Assembly (NCBI GenBank): GCA_964530715.1
Contig: CAZHBC010000001.1
Coordinates: 2,628 to 66,627 of the forward strand
Reading direction: 5' to 3'
Source: an uncultured Sutterella sp.
Lineage (GTDB): Bacteria; Pseudomonadota; Gammaproteobacteria; Burkholderiales; Burkholderiaceae_F
Length of the DNA: 64,000 nucleotides
The translations under genes were made by a program, and so were the position numbers. Numbering within the stretch: position 1 is the first letter of the stretch; every line of letters starts with the position of its first letter. Positions 47,219-57,176 of the stretch are shown piece by piece. The notes under the pieces were generated by a model. The model had not been told where the DNA came from and made no database searches. It saw only the letters and a list, made by a program, of their open reading frames with translations.

Positions 47219-49174
47219 TTACGCGTCGTGCTTAACAAGAGAGGCGAGAGCCGCATCGAGGTGATCGATGTTTTTCATGCGCAAAACCTTGGTAAAGGCC
47301 TTTTCACACTCAGAGCAGTTTGTCGCGAGAATTTTTTCCTTTAAGGGAAGGATGCGGCCACTTTCCATAGAGAAATTGCGAAGACCAAGACCAAGAAGAA
47401 TTTCGAGCATTTCTGGCTCTCCAGCGATTTCGCCGCAGATGCTTATGGGGACGCCAGCGGCGTTTGCTGCTCTCGCTACATGACGCAAGAGAAGAAGCAC
47501 AGCAGGATGCCTTGCAGCCGTTAAGTGATTGACAGAAGGATCGTGGCGACTATTAGCGAGTGTGTGCTGGATTAAGTCGTTTGTCCCGAGACTAATGAAT
47601 TGCACTCTCGGAAGGAAAGCACGGATCCAAAGAGCGGCAGCAGGGACTTCAATCATGACGCCAAGAGGAATATTTTTCTTGTACTTTACGCCACGCTTCT
47701 CGAGTTCTGCTTCCGCCATTGCAATGCGTTCACGCGCGAACTCAATTTCGTTGGGGTGCACAACCATCGGTAGCAGAAGTCGTGCATCAGAACCTGCCGC
47801 TGCACGCAACATAGCTCTAAGTTGAGTATCAAAAAGATCGGGGTGGTCTCGGAAGAACCGTAACCCGCGCTTACCAAGCGTTAAGGCAAATTTTTCTGCT
47901 TCACTAAGGTGTACTTCTTCACGCGCAGAGGCCTCAAGAAGTTTGTCATCGCCTAAGTCCATCGTACGGAGTGTTACGGGCTTGTTTTTCATCGGACGGA
48001 TGACGCGACGGTAGGCTTCGACCTGTTCCTCTTCTGTCGGCAGAGTCTTGCGATTCATAAAGAGGAATTCGCTTCGGTAAAGACCGATACCTTCGGCTCC
48101 TGCATAAACGGCATCCATTGCGTCTTCTGCCAGGGAAACGTTGGCAAAAAGATGAATGGCGACGTCGTCGAGAGTTTTCGCTTGCGTGGTTCTTAGTTTT
48201 CGAAGTTGGGAGCGGGTCTTTTTGCCTTCCTGCAGTTCTGTGTTGGCTTTCTCTAGAGATTCTTTGTCTGGATAAAGCGTAACAGTCCCTCGTGTTGCAT
48301 CAAGCAAGACAACTGCATCCAACTCAACAGCCTGTACGGCACCCGATGCACCGACAATCACAGGGATTTCAAGAGACCGAGCCAAAATAGCCGTGTGCGA
48401 TGTCGCAGAGTCTGCTTCGAGAACAAGACCAGAGAATTCTTCATCGTAGCGGCGTTTCAAAAGGATGATGTCCGCAGGACTTAACTTTTCAGCAAAAAGA
48501 ATAATGCTGTCGTTGCCAATCGAGAGTTCGACGTCGTCACTGAGCTGTCTACGTCCAGTTAAGACGCGCTGAATTCGGTCGAAAACCTCATCGAAATCTT
48601 CGATGCGTTCTGCGAGGTAATCGTCATCAATCTCGCTGAAAGTCTTACGGAGCTCTTCAAGTTTAAATTCCAAAGCCCATTCAGCGTTGATAAGTCTTTC
48701 GCCGATGAGATCTTGAATGCTTGTAATAAGAGATTCGTCGCAGAGAATCTGAAGGTGCATCTCCAAAAAGGCAATCGCCTCAGGAGGTGTGCCATCAGCA
48801 GGTGCTTCAACGAGATTCTTGAGTTCCTGCGTTACGGCCGTGAAAGCACCACGCAATCGCAGTGACTCGGAACGAACTTTTTGTTTATCAATGGCAAACC
48901 GCGGAATGCTGAGACTGTCCGAAGAGCAGCGTTGAGCTTTTCCGAGCGCGACGCCTGGAAAGATTCGAACGCCGTGAAACACCTGTGGAGTGTGTTCTAC
49001 GGGTGCTTCGGTGGACGCCTCAGTTTTAGCGGCGCTTTCCTCTGTGGGTTTTGGTTCCACAGGGGTAGATGGTTTTTCGGTTTTTTCTGCGGGCGCCTTT
49101 GCAGTTTCTTCTGCAGGAGCATTCGCAAGTGTTTTCTCGTTTATCTTTTCTGCGGAATTGCTGTCTTCAGCCAT
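47219..49174 (-). CDS. ptsI: PTS enzyme I (PEP-protein phosphotransferase)
   Basis: TSHTAILAR (phospho-His), GIGLYRSEFLFM, GVMIEVPAAA, GTNDLIQ, SICGE. Confidence 0.95.
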   Translation of the reverse strand: MAEDSNSAEKINEKTLANAPAEETAKAPAEKTEKPSTPVEPKPTEESAAKTEASTEAPVEHTPQVFHGVRIFPGVALGKAQRCSSDSLSIPRFAIDKQKVRSESLRLRGAFTAVTQELKNLVEAPADGTPPEAIAFLEMHLQILCDESLITSIQDLIGERLINAEWALEFKLEELRKTFSEIDDDYLAERIEDFDEVFDRIQRVLTGRRQLSDDVELSIGNDSIILFAEKLSPADIILLKRRYDEEFSGLVLEADSATSHTAILARSLEIPVIVGASGAVQAVELDAVVLLDATRGTVTLYPDKESLEKANTELQEGKKTRSQLRKLRTTQAKTLDDVAIHLFANVSLAEDAMDAVYAGAEGIGLYRSEFLFMNRKTLPTEEEQVEAYRRVIRPMKNKPVTLRTMDLGDDKLLEASAREEVHLSEAEKFALTLGKRGLRFFRDHPDLFDTQLRAMLRAAAGSDARLLLPMVVHPNEIEFARERIAMAEAELEKRGVKYKKNIPLGVMIEVPAAALWIRAFLPRVQFISLGTNDLIQHTLANSRHDPSVNHLTAARHPAVLLLLRHVARAANAAGVPISICGEIAGEPEMLEILLGLGLRNFSMESGRILPLKEKILATNCSECEKAFTKVLRMKNIDHLDAALASLVKHDA

Positions 49175-49176
49175 GG

Positions 49177-49446
49177 CTATTCCTCCTCCCCGAAACGAGA
49201 CTCAAATAAAGCGACAATTGCATCACAGGCCGCAATTTCGTTAATTCCTTCAAATTCCAATCTTAGTGTGTCGTTGTGTTTTGCACCGAGCGTCATAACA
49301 GCAAGAATAGATTTTGCATCTGCGCATTTCGTTCCCTTTTTTATGCGTATCGCACATTCAAAGAGACTGGCAGTCTTTGTAAGAAGCGCTGCAGGACGGG
49401 CGTGAACACCAAGACGATTTTTGACGGTGACGTTTTTGACGAGCAT
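49177..49446 (-). CDS. ptsH: Phosphocarrier protein HPr
   Basis: GVHARPA (His15) and DAKSILAVMTLG (Ser46). Confidence 0.96.
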   Translation of the reverse strand: MLVKNVTVKNRLGVHARPAALLTKTASLFECAIRIKKGTKCADAKSILAVMTLGAKHNDTLRLEFEGINEIAACDAIVALFESRFGEEE

Positions 49447-49622
49447 ATCGTGACTACGAATTTTGTAGTTGCAATTGTTAGATACCGCAATACTAATACG
49501 AGAAACCTTAATAGATTGCTGTCAAATCAAGAAAAAACGTTAGAGGAATAGAAAAAAAGAAGGAAAGGAGATTTAGCGAAAATCGCTCAGAAATGTGAGC
49601 CGAGCAATCGAAAAAAATGAAC

Positions 49623-50027
49623 TTAGGCGGATTTACGAATTGTGATGCCAAAGGAGCCCGCTTCTTTTACAAGAGCGCAGAGCTGATCGAAGGCCTTGTG
49701 TCTGTGGCAGACAGCTGTGAGTACCATGGGAAGATTGACTCCCGTGATGACGGCTGTGTCGGCATGCCTCAGGAGTTGTTCAGCGATGTTCGCCGGTGAG
49801 GCCCCAATGACATCGGTGAGAATAAGTGCCGAGTTTCTCTCAGGAAGATTTACGGAAAGTTTTGCGCTTATCGTATCGGCAACAGCAACTGGATCGGCGT
49901 CAGGGGAAACGTCGACAGCGATAAGACTTCTTAAACTGTGTTCATCGTAACCGAACACATGCGACGCGCATTCTTTGAGAGCGGATGCGAGCGGAGCATG
50001 CGCGATAATCAAAATTGAGTTCGACAC
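49623..50027 (-). CDS. PTS EIIA component, mannose/fructose family
   Basis: ILIIAHAPLASAL, LILTDVIGASPAN, GVNLPMV; GTG start chosen by family length. Confidence 0.9.
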   Translation of the reverse strand: MSNSILIIAHAPLASALKECASHVFGYDEHSLRSLIAVDVSPDADPVAVADTISAKLSVNLPERNSALILTDVIGASPANIAEQLLRHADTAVITGVNLPMVLTAVCHRHKAFDQLCALVKEAGSFGITIRKSA

Positions 50028-50225
50028 AGATTGCCCTATGAGGAGAAGACACTGCGAGAGATTGTATCGAGTGAGATTTCTTTGCGGGGAGAGCAAAAAA
50101 GCAAGGAATTTTTATTAATTTCGAGTAACGTTCAATAATTTTCATGAAATATGTGCTAATCTTCAACAATTGGAAAACAAAAGTGCACTCGACATTTCGA
50201 GTTGCCGCGTTGTAAGGATGCCACA

Positions 50226-50597
50226 ATGGCTCTTTTAGAGTTTCGATCTAAGGCCGCAGGCGGCTTTTTTTTGATGCCTGAAACTTTTCGGGAGATTTGT
50301 AAGGTTGTTTCGCGCCCGTATTCGGAGAGCGGAAGCTGGCCGAAGGAGGATTTGAAAGAAATCCTTGCAAAGCTCGATGCAGAAATCGATCGTGAAACGG
50401 TAACCCTAAGCCAAATAAACGAAGAAAGTCGTCAAAGAGATTTGGCGGGTCGAGAGTATCTTTCTTTTGAGGAAGAGGATGAATTACAGCGTGCTCGAGA
50501 GAAACGTGTGAGTTTCCGAATGAGGACGTTTCCTCTTAGAGAAATGCTTGAGGCTTCTATTAAAAAGGATGTGCCAATTATGTGGGGTGTGCCTTAA
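50226..50597 (+). CDS. DUF1840 family protein
   Basis: LLEFRSKAAG...VSFRMRTFPLREMLEAS...IMWGV; AAGGA SD. Confidence 0.75.
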   Translation: MALLEFRSKAAGGFFLMPETFREICKVVSRPYSESGSWPKEDLKEILAKLDAEIDRETVTLSQINEESRQRDLAGREYLSFEEEDELQRAREKRVSFRMRTFPLREMLEASIKKDVPIMWGVP

Positions 50598-50603
50598 GAG
50601 GGA

Positions 50604-52148
50604 TTAGAGGCGCCAAAAGTCTCGTGTGAAGAGCACGAAGACGGTCACAATTTCCAATCGGCCAATCAGCATACAGAATGTGCAAATCCAAAGTTGCGGA
50701 GCTTGGAGAATTCCATAGTTAACCGCTGGGCCGACGTTTGCAAGCCCAGGACCAGTGTTTGTGAGACAGGCAAACGTAGCAGAAAAGGCAGAGGCAACAT
50801 CAAGACCTGTGGCAATTAAGCAGAGGCTTGCGCCAAGAAGGGTGGCTGTCCAAAGCAGAAGGAAGTTGAGGACCATAAAGACAATTGCATCTGGCACGGG
50901 CACCTTGTTAACGCGAAGCGGAATGATGGCCTTCGGGTGAAGAGTCTGTAAAAACCCCCGGGAAAGCTGCTTAAGAAGAATCAGTGCACGCATCATTTTT
51001 ATGCCGCCGCCAACGCTACCCGAGCAGGTGGCAAAAGCCGCTAAGCAAAGCGTAAGAACCGAGGCTGTTACAGGCCAGTGCGTGTAGTCGGTGCTACTAA
51101 AGCCTGTTGTCGAGGCGAGACTTACAACGTTAAAGAGCGCATCGAAGAGAGCTTCTTTAAGCGAAGAGTAATTGCCACTAAAAAAGAGGATTCCTGTGAC
51201 GAAAAGAATCCCGAAAATGAGAACAGCTATCCAAGAGCGGGCCTCTGGGTCTCTTAAATACAGCGTGACTGAGCGGTGTTTCCAAGCAAGAAAGTGCAAG
51301 GTAAAACTCATGCCGCTAATAAACATGAAAAACACACAGATTAAATGGATGGAGGAATCTGGCCAGTACGCAAAACTGGCATCGTGTGAGGAGAACCCTC
51401 CGAGACTTACTGTGGAAAATGCGTGGACAATAGCGTCAAACCAACTCATTCCCGCAAATTTATAGCCTAAAAAACAAGCCACACTTAAAGCAAAGTAAAT
51501 CCACCAAAGCCCCTTGGCGGTACTTGCAATGCGGGGAGTGATTTTTGTGACTTCAATGGTTGCGCCAAGTTCCGTATTGGTCACGGCAGCTTTATTGGTG
51601 CCGATGCCGAAAAGTGGCGAAATCGAAGGTGTTGTTTGACAGAGATTTACAAAACGAAAGAGTTGTGAGCCACCGACTCCCATCAGGGGTAAGAGCGCAA
51701 TAGCGAGAATCAGGATTCCCATGCCGCCGAGCCAACTAAGGAGAGCACGCCAAAAGTTAATCGACTCAGGTAGGTGATCAGCGGAAAATACAGTTGCGCA
51801 GGTAGTTGTAATGCCGCTCATCGCTTCAAAGTAAGCTAAGGAGAAGGAGGAGTCTGCCAACGAGGTAAGTGGGAGAGCCGCAAAAATGGGAAGTATTGAC
51901 CAGAGGAGCGAGGCTAGAAGGAAGCCGTCTCTTGGCAAAAGATCACGCTTGTCGTTTTTTGTGAGAGCAATAAGCGCAAGAGCGCATAGGACTGTAGTGA
52001 TTGCTCCAAAAAGAAATCCAAAAGCCGCACCATCCCCAAAACTAAGAGAGACAAAAAAGCCTAAGAACTCGGCAGCGGAAAACAAAAGCAAAACAATGCC
52101 AACGATGTTAAGCACTGGAAAGAGTAGGTAGCGCAGTTTGGCAAACAT
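50604..52148 (-). CDS. trkH: Trk system K+ uptake membrane protein
   Basis: FEAMSGITT, WLGGMGI, SLGGFS, STTGF, GGGIK, TNTGPG, GRLEI. Confidence 0.95.
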   Translation of the reverse strand: MFAKLRYLLFPVLNIVGIVLLLFSAAEFLGFFVSLSFGDGAAFGFLFGAITTVLCALALIALTKNDKRDLLPRDGFLLASLLWSILPIFAALPLTSLADSSFSLAYFEAMSGITTTCATVFSADHLPESINFWRALLSWLGGMGILILAIALLPLMGVGGSQLFRFVNLCQTTPSISPLFGIGTNKAAVTNTELGATIEVTKITPRIASTAKGLWWIYFALSVACFLGYKFAGMSWFDAIVHAFSTVSLGGFSSHDASFAYWPDSSIHLICVFFMFISGMSFTLHFLAWKHRSVTLYLRDPEARSWIAVLIFGILFVTGILFFSGNYSSLKEALFDALFNVVSLASTTGFSSTDYTHWPVTASVLTLCLAAFATCSGSVGGGIKMMRALILLKQLSRGFLQTLHPKAIIPLRVNKVPVPDAIVFMVLNFLLLWTATLLGASLCLIATGLDVASAFSATFACLTNTGPGLANVGPAVNYGILQAPQLWICTFCMLIGRLEIVTVFVLFTRDFWRL

Positions 52149-52156
52149 GTCCGAAC

Positions 52157-53533
52157 TCAGAAGTAGCCAACATCAACGGCAAAAAGCGCCTCGATTTCGG
52201 GCATAAGTTTCTTTTCTGCAGCAAAAACAATGACTCTGTCTTCGGGCTGAACCACAAGGTCGGGGGCTGCAACAAGAAATGTGTTTTCTCGAACAATTCC
52301 GCAGATGCCCGACTGCTCGGGGAAGGGGATTTCAGAAAGCCGTTTCCCGACAACCTTCGAGGAGCCAAGGGAGCCGTGAGCTGTCACTTCTAAGACTTCT
52401 GCTTTTCCGTGCTGGACGCTGTGAACGGCGGCGATATCCCCTCGCCGAACGTACTGCATTAATTCGCTTAAGGTGACCTGCGTTTTTGAGATGATGATAT
52501 CGATACTAGTATCTTGCACTAGATCGGCAAAAGTTTGATTGTCAACAAGGGCAATGACGCGTTTTGCTCCTAAGCGTTTGGCAAGTAATGCACTCATGAT
52601 ATTGGCATCGTCCTGGCCGCTTAGACTAATGAAGAGGTCGCAGGTGCCTATGTCGACATTGTGTAAGTCTTCCTCCTGCAAAAATGAGCCTTTAACTAGA
52701 AGAGTTCGTTCGGGAAGGTGTTGGGCGATCTCTCGAGCTGTAACTTCGTCTTCTTCTAAGACTTTTATGTTGTAGGCTTCGCCCTCTTTGAGTGCATCAA
52801 CGAGTCGAAGCGCTAGGCGGGCGTCGCCAGCGATTATCAAATTCTTGTTGCGGTTTTCCTTCGGATGGATAAGAGAAATAAGACGGTGAACAGAGTCCTT
52901 TACGACAAGGGTAAGGAGTTCATCGCCTGCGGCAATTGTTTCCGCTGCCGTAAGAGACACCTCCGAGCGGCACGCTGCAACACAAAGCGCATTTACTGGT
53001 TTTAGAGCCTCGTTGACTTCAGCGAAAGATTTCCCGATAAGAGAGCTTGTTTTTTCAACGGGAATTGCAATAAGTGTTAGTAGGCCGTTTGCTAATTCCA
53101 CAACCTGCAAAGCCTCGGGGAATTCAATTAAGCGTAAAAGTGTGTCCGTGAGAGCTTTCTCTGGCCAGATGGTGCTTGTAATGCGAAAGCCGTTTGCTCC
53201 GAGTAACTCTGGATAGCCACTAAGTTCATTGCGACGCACGCGTGCAATACGTGTTGGGACGTTAAAAAGTTGCGCAGCCAAGAGAGAAGCCACAAGGTTT
53301 GTCTCATCGCTTGCTGTTACGGCAATGAGAATGTCGGTGTCTTCGATGCCAGCTTCGCGCAAAACAGCAGGGCTTGCTGCATCGCCGACAATGCCACGCA
53401 AATCAAAATGTCGTTGTAGTTGGGTAACACGGTTTGCATCGATGTCAACGACCGAGATGTCGTTAGACTCGCAGACCAAGGCCTGTGCGACGGCGTAACC
53501 CGTGTGACCCGCTCCAAGAATGAGCACTCGCAT
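52157..53533 (-). CDS. trkA: Trk system regulatory subunit (tandem RCK)
   Basis: ILGAGHTG, IAVTASDETN, NIMSALLAKRLGA, AEVLEVTAHG...SKVVG. Confidence 0.95.
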   Translation of the reverse strand: MRVLILGAGHTGYAVAQALVCESNDISVVDIDANRVTQLQRHFDLRGIVGDAASPAVLREAGIEDTDILIAVTASDETNLVASLLAAQLFNVPTRIARVRRNELSGYPELLGANGFRITSTIWPEKALTDTLLRLIEFPEALQVVELANGLLTLIAIPVEKTSSLIGKSFAEVNEALKPVNALCVAACRSEVSLTAAETIAAGDELLTLVVKDSVHRLISLIHPKENRNKNLIIAGDARLALRLVDALKEGEAYNIKVLEEDEVTAREIAQHLPERTLLVKGSFLQEEDLHNVDIGTCDLFISLSGQDDANIMSALLAKRLGAKRVIALVDNQTFADLVQDTSIDIIISKTQVTLSELMQYVRRGDIAAVHSVQHGKAEVLEVTAHGSLGSSKVVGKRLSEIPFPEQSGICGIVRENTFLVAAPDLVVQPEDRVIVFAAEKKLMPEIEALFAVDVGYF

Positions 53534-53546
53534 GGGTCAAAAGTTT

Positions 53547-54242
53547 TTATTTGTTGTGAGCAGTTTTTGCCGCGTTCGTTGGGCGCGGAATTTCCATGTG
53601 TAAAGCCTTGAGTTTACGGTATAAATGCGTGCGTTCAAGGCCGGCGCGTTTTGCAACGCGGGTAATCTGAGAATCTTCGTATTCGATAAGTGCCATGAAA
53701 TAGGCACGTTCCACAGCTTCGCGGACTTCGCGCAGCGAACTCTGGAAGTCGATTACCATGTTTGTGCCAGGAATCGTGAATTTCGGGAGTTCTTTAGGAG
53801 GCTCAGGTTTTTGAACTGCGGGAGCTGCGGGAGTTTCTGTGATATCAGTACGGTATTTTGCAAGGGCGACGATGCGATTTTTGACTTCAATACCGTGGCG
53901 TACGGCTTCAAGAAGTTTCTGCATCGAAATCGGTTTTTCCAAAAAGGAAAGCGATCCAAATCGCGTTGCTTCAACAGCGGTTTCGATTGTCGCGTGCCCG
54001 CTCATCATGATGACCTGACTGGAGAACTGGCGATTAGCCTTCCACTCTTTCAGCAGAGAAACGCCATCCATATCGGGCATCCAAATATCCAATAGAATCA
54101 AGTCAAAATCTGTTTCTGCAACTTTACGTCGTGCGGCCTCGGCATTCTCAGCTTCCTCCACAGAATATCCCTCATCCGAGAGAATTTCCGATAGGAGGTC
54201 ACGGATACCGATTTCATCATCAACAATCAGAATTTTCGCCAT
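53547..54242 (-). CDS. Response regulator REC + Fis-type HTH (short NtrX / PlrR / EsaR type)
   Basis: ILIVDDE, LLDIWMPDMDG, MMSGHATIETAVEAT, GLERTHLYRKLK; no AAA+ domain. Confidence 0.9.
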   Translation of the reverse strand: MAKILIVDDEIGIRDLLSEILSDEGYSVEEAENAEAARRKVAETDFDLILLDIWMPDMDGVSLLKEWKANRQFSSQVIMMSGHATIETAVEATRFGSLSFLEKPISMQKLLEAVRHGIEVKNRIVALAKYRTDITETPAAPAVQKPEPPKELPKFTIPGTNMVIDFQSSLREVREAVERAYFMALIEYEDSQITRVAKRAGLERTHLYRKLKALHMEIPRPTNAAKTAHNK

Positions 54243-54404
54243 GACGCACTACTCTATGCAATAAAAAAACAAAAACTAAAGTGCTGAAACCTCGGATTCT
54301 CCAAGAGAAACAGACAGACCTTTTTATGATAATACTGCGATTCTAAAAGCAGTGCGAGGTAACTTTTGATATTGGTCAAAGAAAAAAGGAGCAACAAGAC
54401 TGTT

Positions 54405-56555
54405 TTATTTACCGATTGGGAAAACAATGTTGACTCGAGCTCCGAGAATCGCCCCCGATTCTGAGGGAATATTTTCAAGAGTAATTTTTGCCTTGTGCTC
54501 TTCAAGAATCTTTTTAACCATCGGAAGTCCCAACCCCGTGCCCGTAGGTTTCGTTGTAATGTAGGGTTCAAATGCGCGAGCAAGTACGGCAGTTTGGAAG
54601 CCAGGACCATTATCTTCAACCTTCAGACGGACTGCCGCTGTAGTTTCTCCGTGGAAAACCGCCTCTGTTGTGATTTGAATTTGAGCGGGTTTTCCTTCTG
54701 TACAGGCTTCAATTGAGTTGCCGATTAGGTTAAAAAGAACTTGGCGGAGTTGCGCAGCATCGGCCTGAATCAACGGAAGATTTTCGCCATATTTGTGAGA
54801 AATGTGTACTCCACCAGAGTGGTAGAACGCAATCATTTCATCGATAAGGACATTCAAATCAAGACTCTGCAATGTGGGCGCAGGCAGTTTAGCGAAGTCT
54901 CGGAAGTCGTTAACCATCTTTTTCATTGCGTCGACCTGGTTGACAATGGTCGAAGTTGCACGGTTAAGAAGCGCGGCATCAGCGGGTTCGAGTTTGTCTG
55001 TAAGTTTCATCGCGAGTCTTTCTGCCGCAAGTCGGATTGGTGTCAGAGGATTTTTAATTTCGTGAGCAAGACGTCGTGCGACTTCATTCCAAGCCTGCGC
55101 TTTTTGAGCATCAATAACTGCAGAAACATTATCAAAGGCGACGACCCAGCCGACGGATCCTTCAAGTTCAAGGCGAGAGCCACGAATGAAAAGCGCAATG
55201 TTGGGGTCTGGCTTCCTATCAAGCTCGAAGTCAATGTGGAAGCTTCCCGTGTCAGCAATACGAATTTGGTCAGCAATTACTTCGCAAAGAGAAGGTTCGA
55301 CGGAAGCAAGGTTGTCTCCAGGGGTAAAACGGGAGGGAGCCAGAATGACGTTGGCGCCAGTATTTGCCATTAGGATGCAAAGAGACTCGTCAAGAACGAG
55401 AACACCAGAGGAAATGTTCGAGAGAACGCTCGCGAGATAGGCACGGGAACGTTCCGTTGCTAGGCGTTGATTTTCCGCTGTTTTTTGTGCTTCTGCAATC
55501 TGAGTAACCATGGAATTAAAGGACTGGGTCAACTCGTTAATTTCATCGTTGCCACTAAACTCACGAATGGGTACAAGGTTTCCGCCAGCGACTTTTTTTG
55601 TACCAGTAGCGAGTTGCATCACAGGCTCTGTCATCGTTCGAGCAAACCAAAGAGCGAGAGCAATGGCGGCGAGCAGTGTGAGAAGCATCGTAAGCGTTAG
55701 AGAAACGCGGTAGATGGTCTGAAGAGAAGAGCGTGTTAGTGTCAACTCTTGATAATCTCTGAACCCTTCAACAAGTTCTCGGGCGCCCTCAGCAAATTTT
55801 GGTGGAACCGCATTAGAGAATTGCAGGAAGAAATTATTCTCTAGCGTCCGATTCGGGAAAATCGGGACATTTGTTCGGATGCGCATTGGGTCTTCAGGGG
55901 TTGAAGACTCTCCCTCTAGTAAAGAAAATCCACGACGGTTAATAGAGTCTTGTAATTCAGAGGCTAGGGGGATATCGATTTTTACATGCGAGTTAGAAGA
56001 AATTGAAGAGTTTGTGATTACGCCCTGCGCATTGAAAATGAGGGCTGCATCGGATTCAAAATCTTCTCGAATTTTCTCGATACCTGCGTCCCACTGTTCT
56101 TGAGGGAGACTGGCAAGATAAAGCGAGGCCCTGCGGGTGATAAAAAGGAGACGATTACGTTCGTTTTCGATAATGTCGCTCGAAAGCGTAACGCCTTCTT
56201 CTAAGGCGTGCTCGATTCTGGCATCGAACCAAGAGTCAATCGATCGACCGATAAATTGAGCAGAAACAAGATAAATCAGCAAGCAAGGAACGACAGCAAT
56301 CGCGGCAATTGTGATGGCAAGTCGCGAGGTCATTCGTGAGCCGAATTCTTTGGCTCTCCAACGGATAAAAAGTTTTGCACTAAGCCGAAGGACGATGAAA
56401 AAGAGAATGCATGCCGTAAGGGCATTGAGAGCGAGAAGTGCGGGAAAAAGCTGACCAAGGCTCGTCGAGGCTGCTCCGCCAGCGACGGTATAAATCAGCA
56501 ACAGCACCCCAATGGCGACAGTGCAAATGAAACCAAGGCGCAACCAGCGTTGCAT
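54405..56555 (-). CDS. NtrY-type sensor histidine kinase (HAMP/PAS; PlrS/EsaS type)
   Basis: RSIDSWF, AWNEVARRLAHEIKNPLTPI, FEPYITTKPTGTGLGL. Confidence 0.92.
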   Translation of the reverse strand: MQRWLRLGFICTVAIGVLLLIYTVAGGAASTSLGQLFPALLALNALTACILFFIVLRLSAKLFIRWRAKEFGSRMTSRLAITIAAIAVVPCLLIYLVSAQFIGRSIDSWFDARIEHALEEGVTLSSDIIENERNRLLFITRRASLYLASLPQEQWDAGIEKIREDFESDAALIFNAQGVITNSSISSNSHVKIDIPLASELQDSINRRGFSLLEGESSTPEDPMRIRTNVPIFPNRTLENNFFLQFSNAVPPKFAEGARELVEGFRDYQELTLTRSSLQTIYRVSLTLTMLLTLLAAIALALWFARTMTEPVMQLATGTKKVAGGNLVPIREFSGNDEINELTQSFNSMVTQIAEAQKTAENQRLATERSRAYLASVLSNISSGVLVLDESLCILMANTGANVILAPSRFTPGDNLASVEPSLCEVIADQIRIADTGSFHIDFELDRKPDPNIALFIRGSRLELEGSVGWVVAFDNVSAVIDAQKAQAWNEVARRLAHEIKNPLTPIRLAAERLAMKLTDKLEPADAALLNRATSTIVNQVDAMKKMVNDFRDFAKLPAPTLQSLDLNVLIDEMIAFYHSGGVHISHKYGENLPLIQADAAQLRQVLFNLIGNSIEACTEGKPAQIQITTEAVFHGETTAAVRLKVEDNGPGFQTAVLARAFEPYITTKPTGTGLGLPMVKKILEEHKAKITLENIPSESGAILGARVNIVFPIGK

Positions 56556-56568
56556 AAAGAAGATTCCT

Positions 56569-57162
56569 TTAGTTTCTATCAAGGGCTTTTGTGAGAACGA
56601 CGTTTTCCCATTCGCTCTCTAAAGCCCAGTCGGAGTTGCCTCCGATGGTTACCTGTAGTGGCTTTGGCAGTCGAGAAAGATCAAGTCGCATTCGCGTCTC
56701 GGCAACAACATCGGAGTGGTCTTCAATGGCGTCGTTCTCCGCAACAGTCCAACCGCGGATGTTCTTTAGCGGGAGCATCGCCTGCTCGAGCGTGTCAAAG
56801 GATTGAATAAGGCCATCGCGCGAGAGACGCAGTTGTCTAGAAAGAGGACTGTAACTGAGACGTTGGAGAAGGTTGGATGTGGCAATCTCTTTATCAAACC
56901 AAAGTGAGCGGGGCTGTAAAAGCCTGAAATCATAGGAAAAATAAAGAGCAATGCCTCTGCGAAGACAGTCAGTTAAAACGGGAGAAAAGTCAAATTCCCA
57001 ATTGACGCTTAACTGCAACCCAGGATTCGCGCCCGTAGTAATGCGTTGAAGCTGAGCGCTCATCAACTGCACTTCTGTCGATTGTGCACGCACGAACTTG
57101 GAGCCCGCTACAGCAAGCGGAGCAGCAAGCAAAGTGCTACATAACAATCGACGCGAAATCAT
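56569..57162 (-). CDS. DUF4390 family periplasmic protein
   Basis: RGIALYF, RLSYSPLSRQ, RLDLSRLPKPLQV...W; between rsmB and the ntrY-type kinase; SRRLL twin-arginine-like leader. Confidence 0.85.
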   Translation of the reverse strand: MISRRLLCSTLLAAPLAVAGSKFVRAQSTEVQLMSAQLQRITTGANPGLQLSVNWEFDFSPVLTDCLRRGIALYFSYDFRLLQPRSLWFDKEIATSNLLQRLSYSPLSRQLRLSRDGLIQSFDTLEQAMLPLKNIRGWTVAENDAIEDHSDVVAETRMRLDLSRLPKPLQVTIGGNSDWALESEWENVVLTKALDRN

Positions 57163-57176
57163 GTCTACACAGCCTT

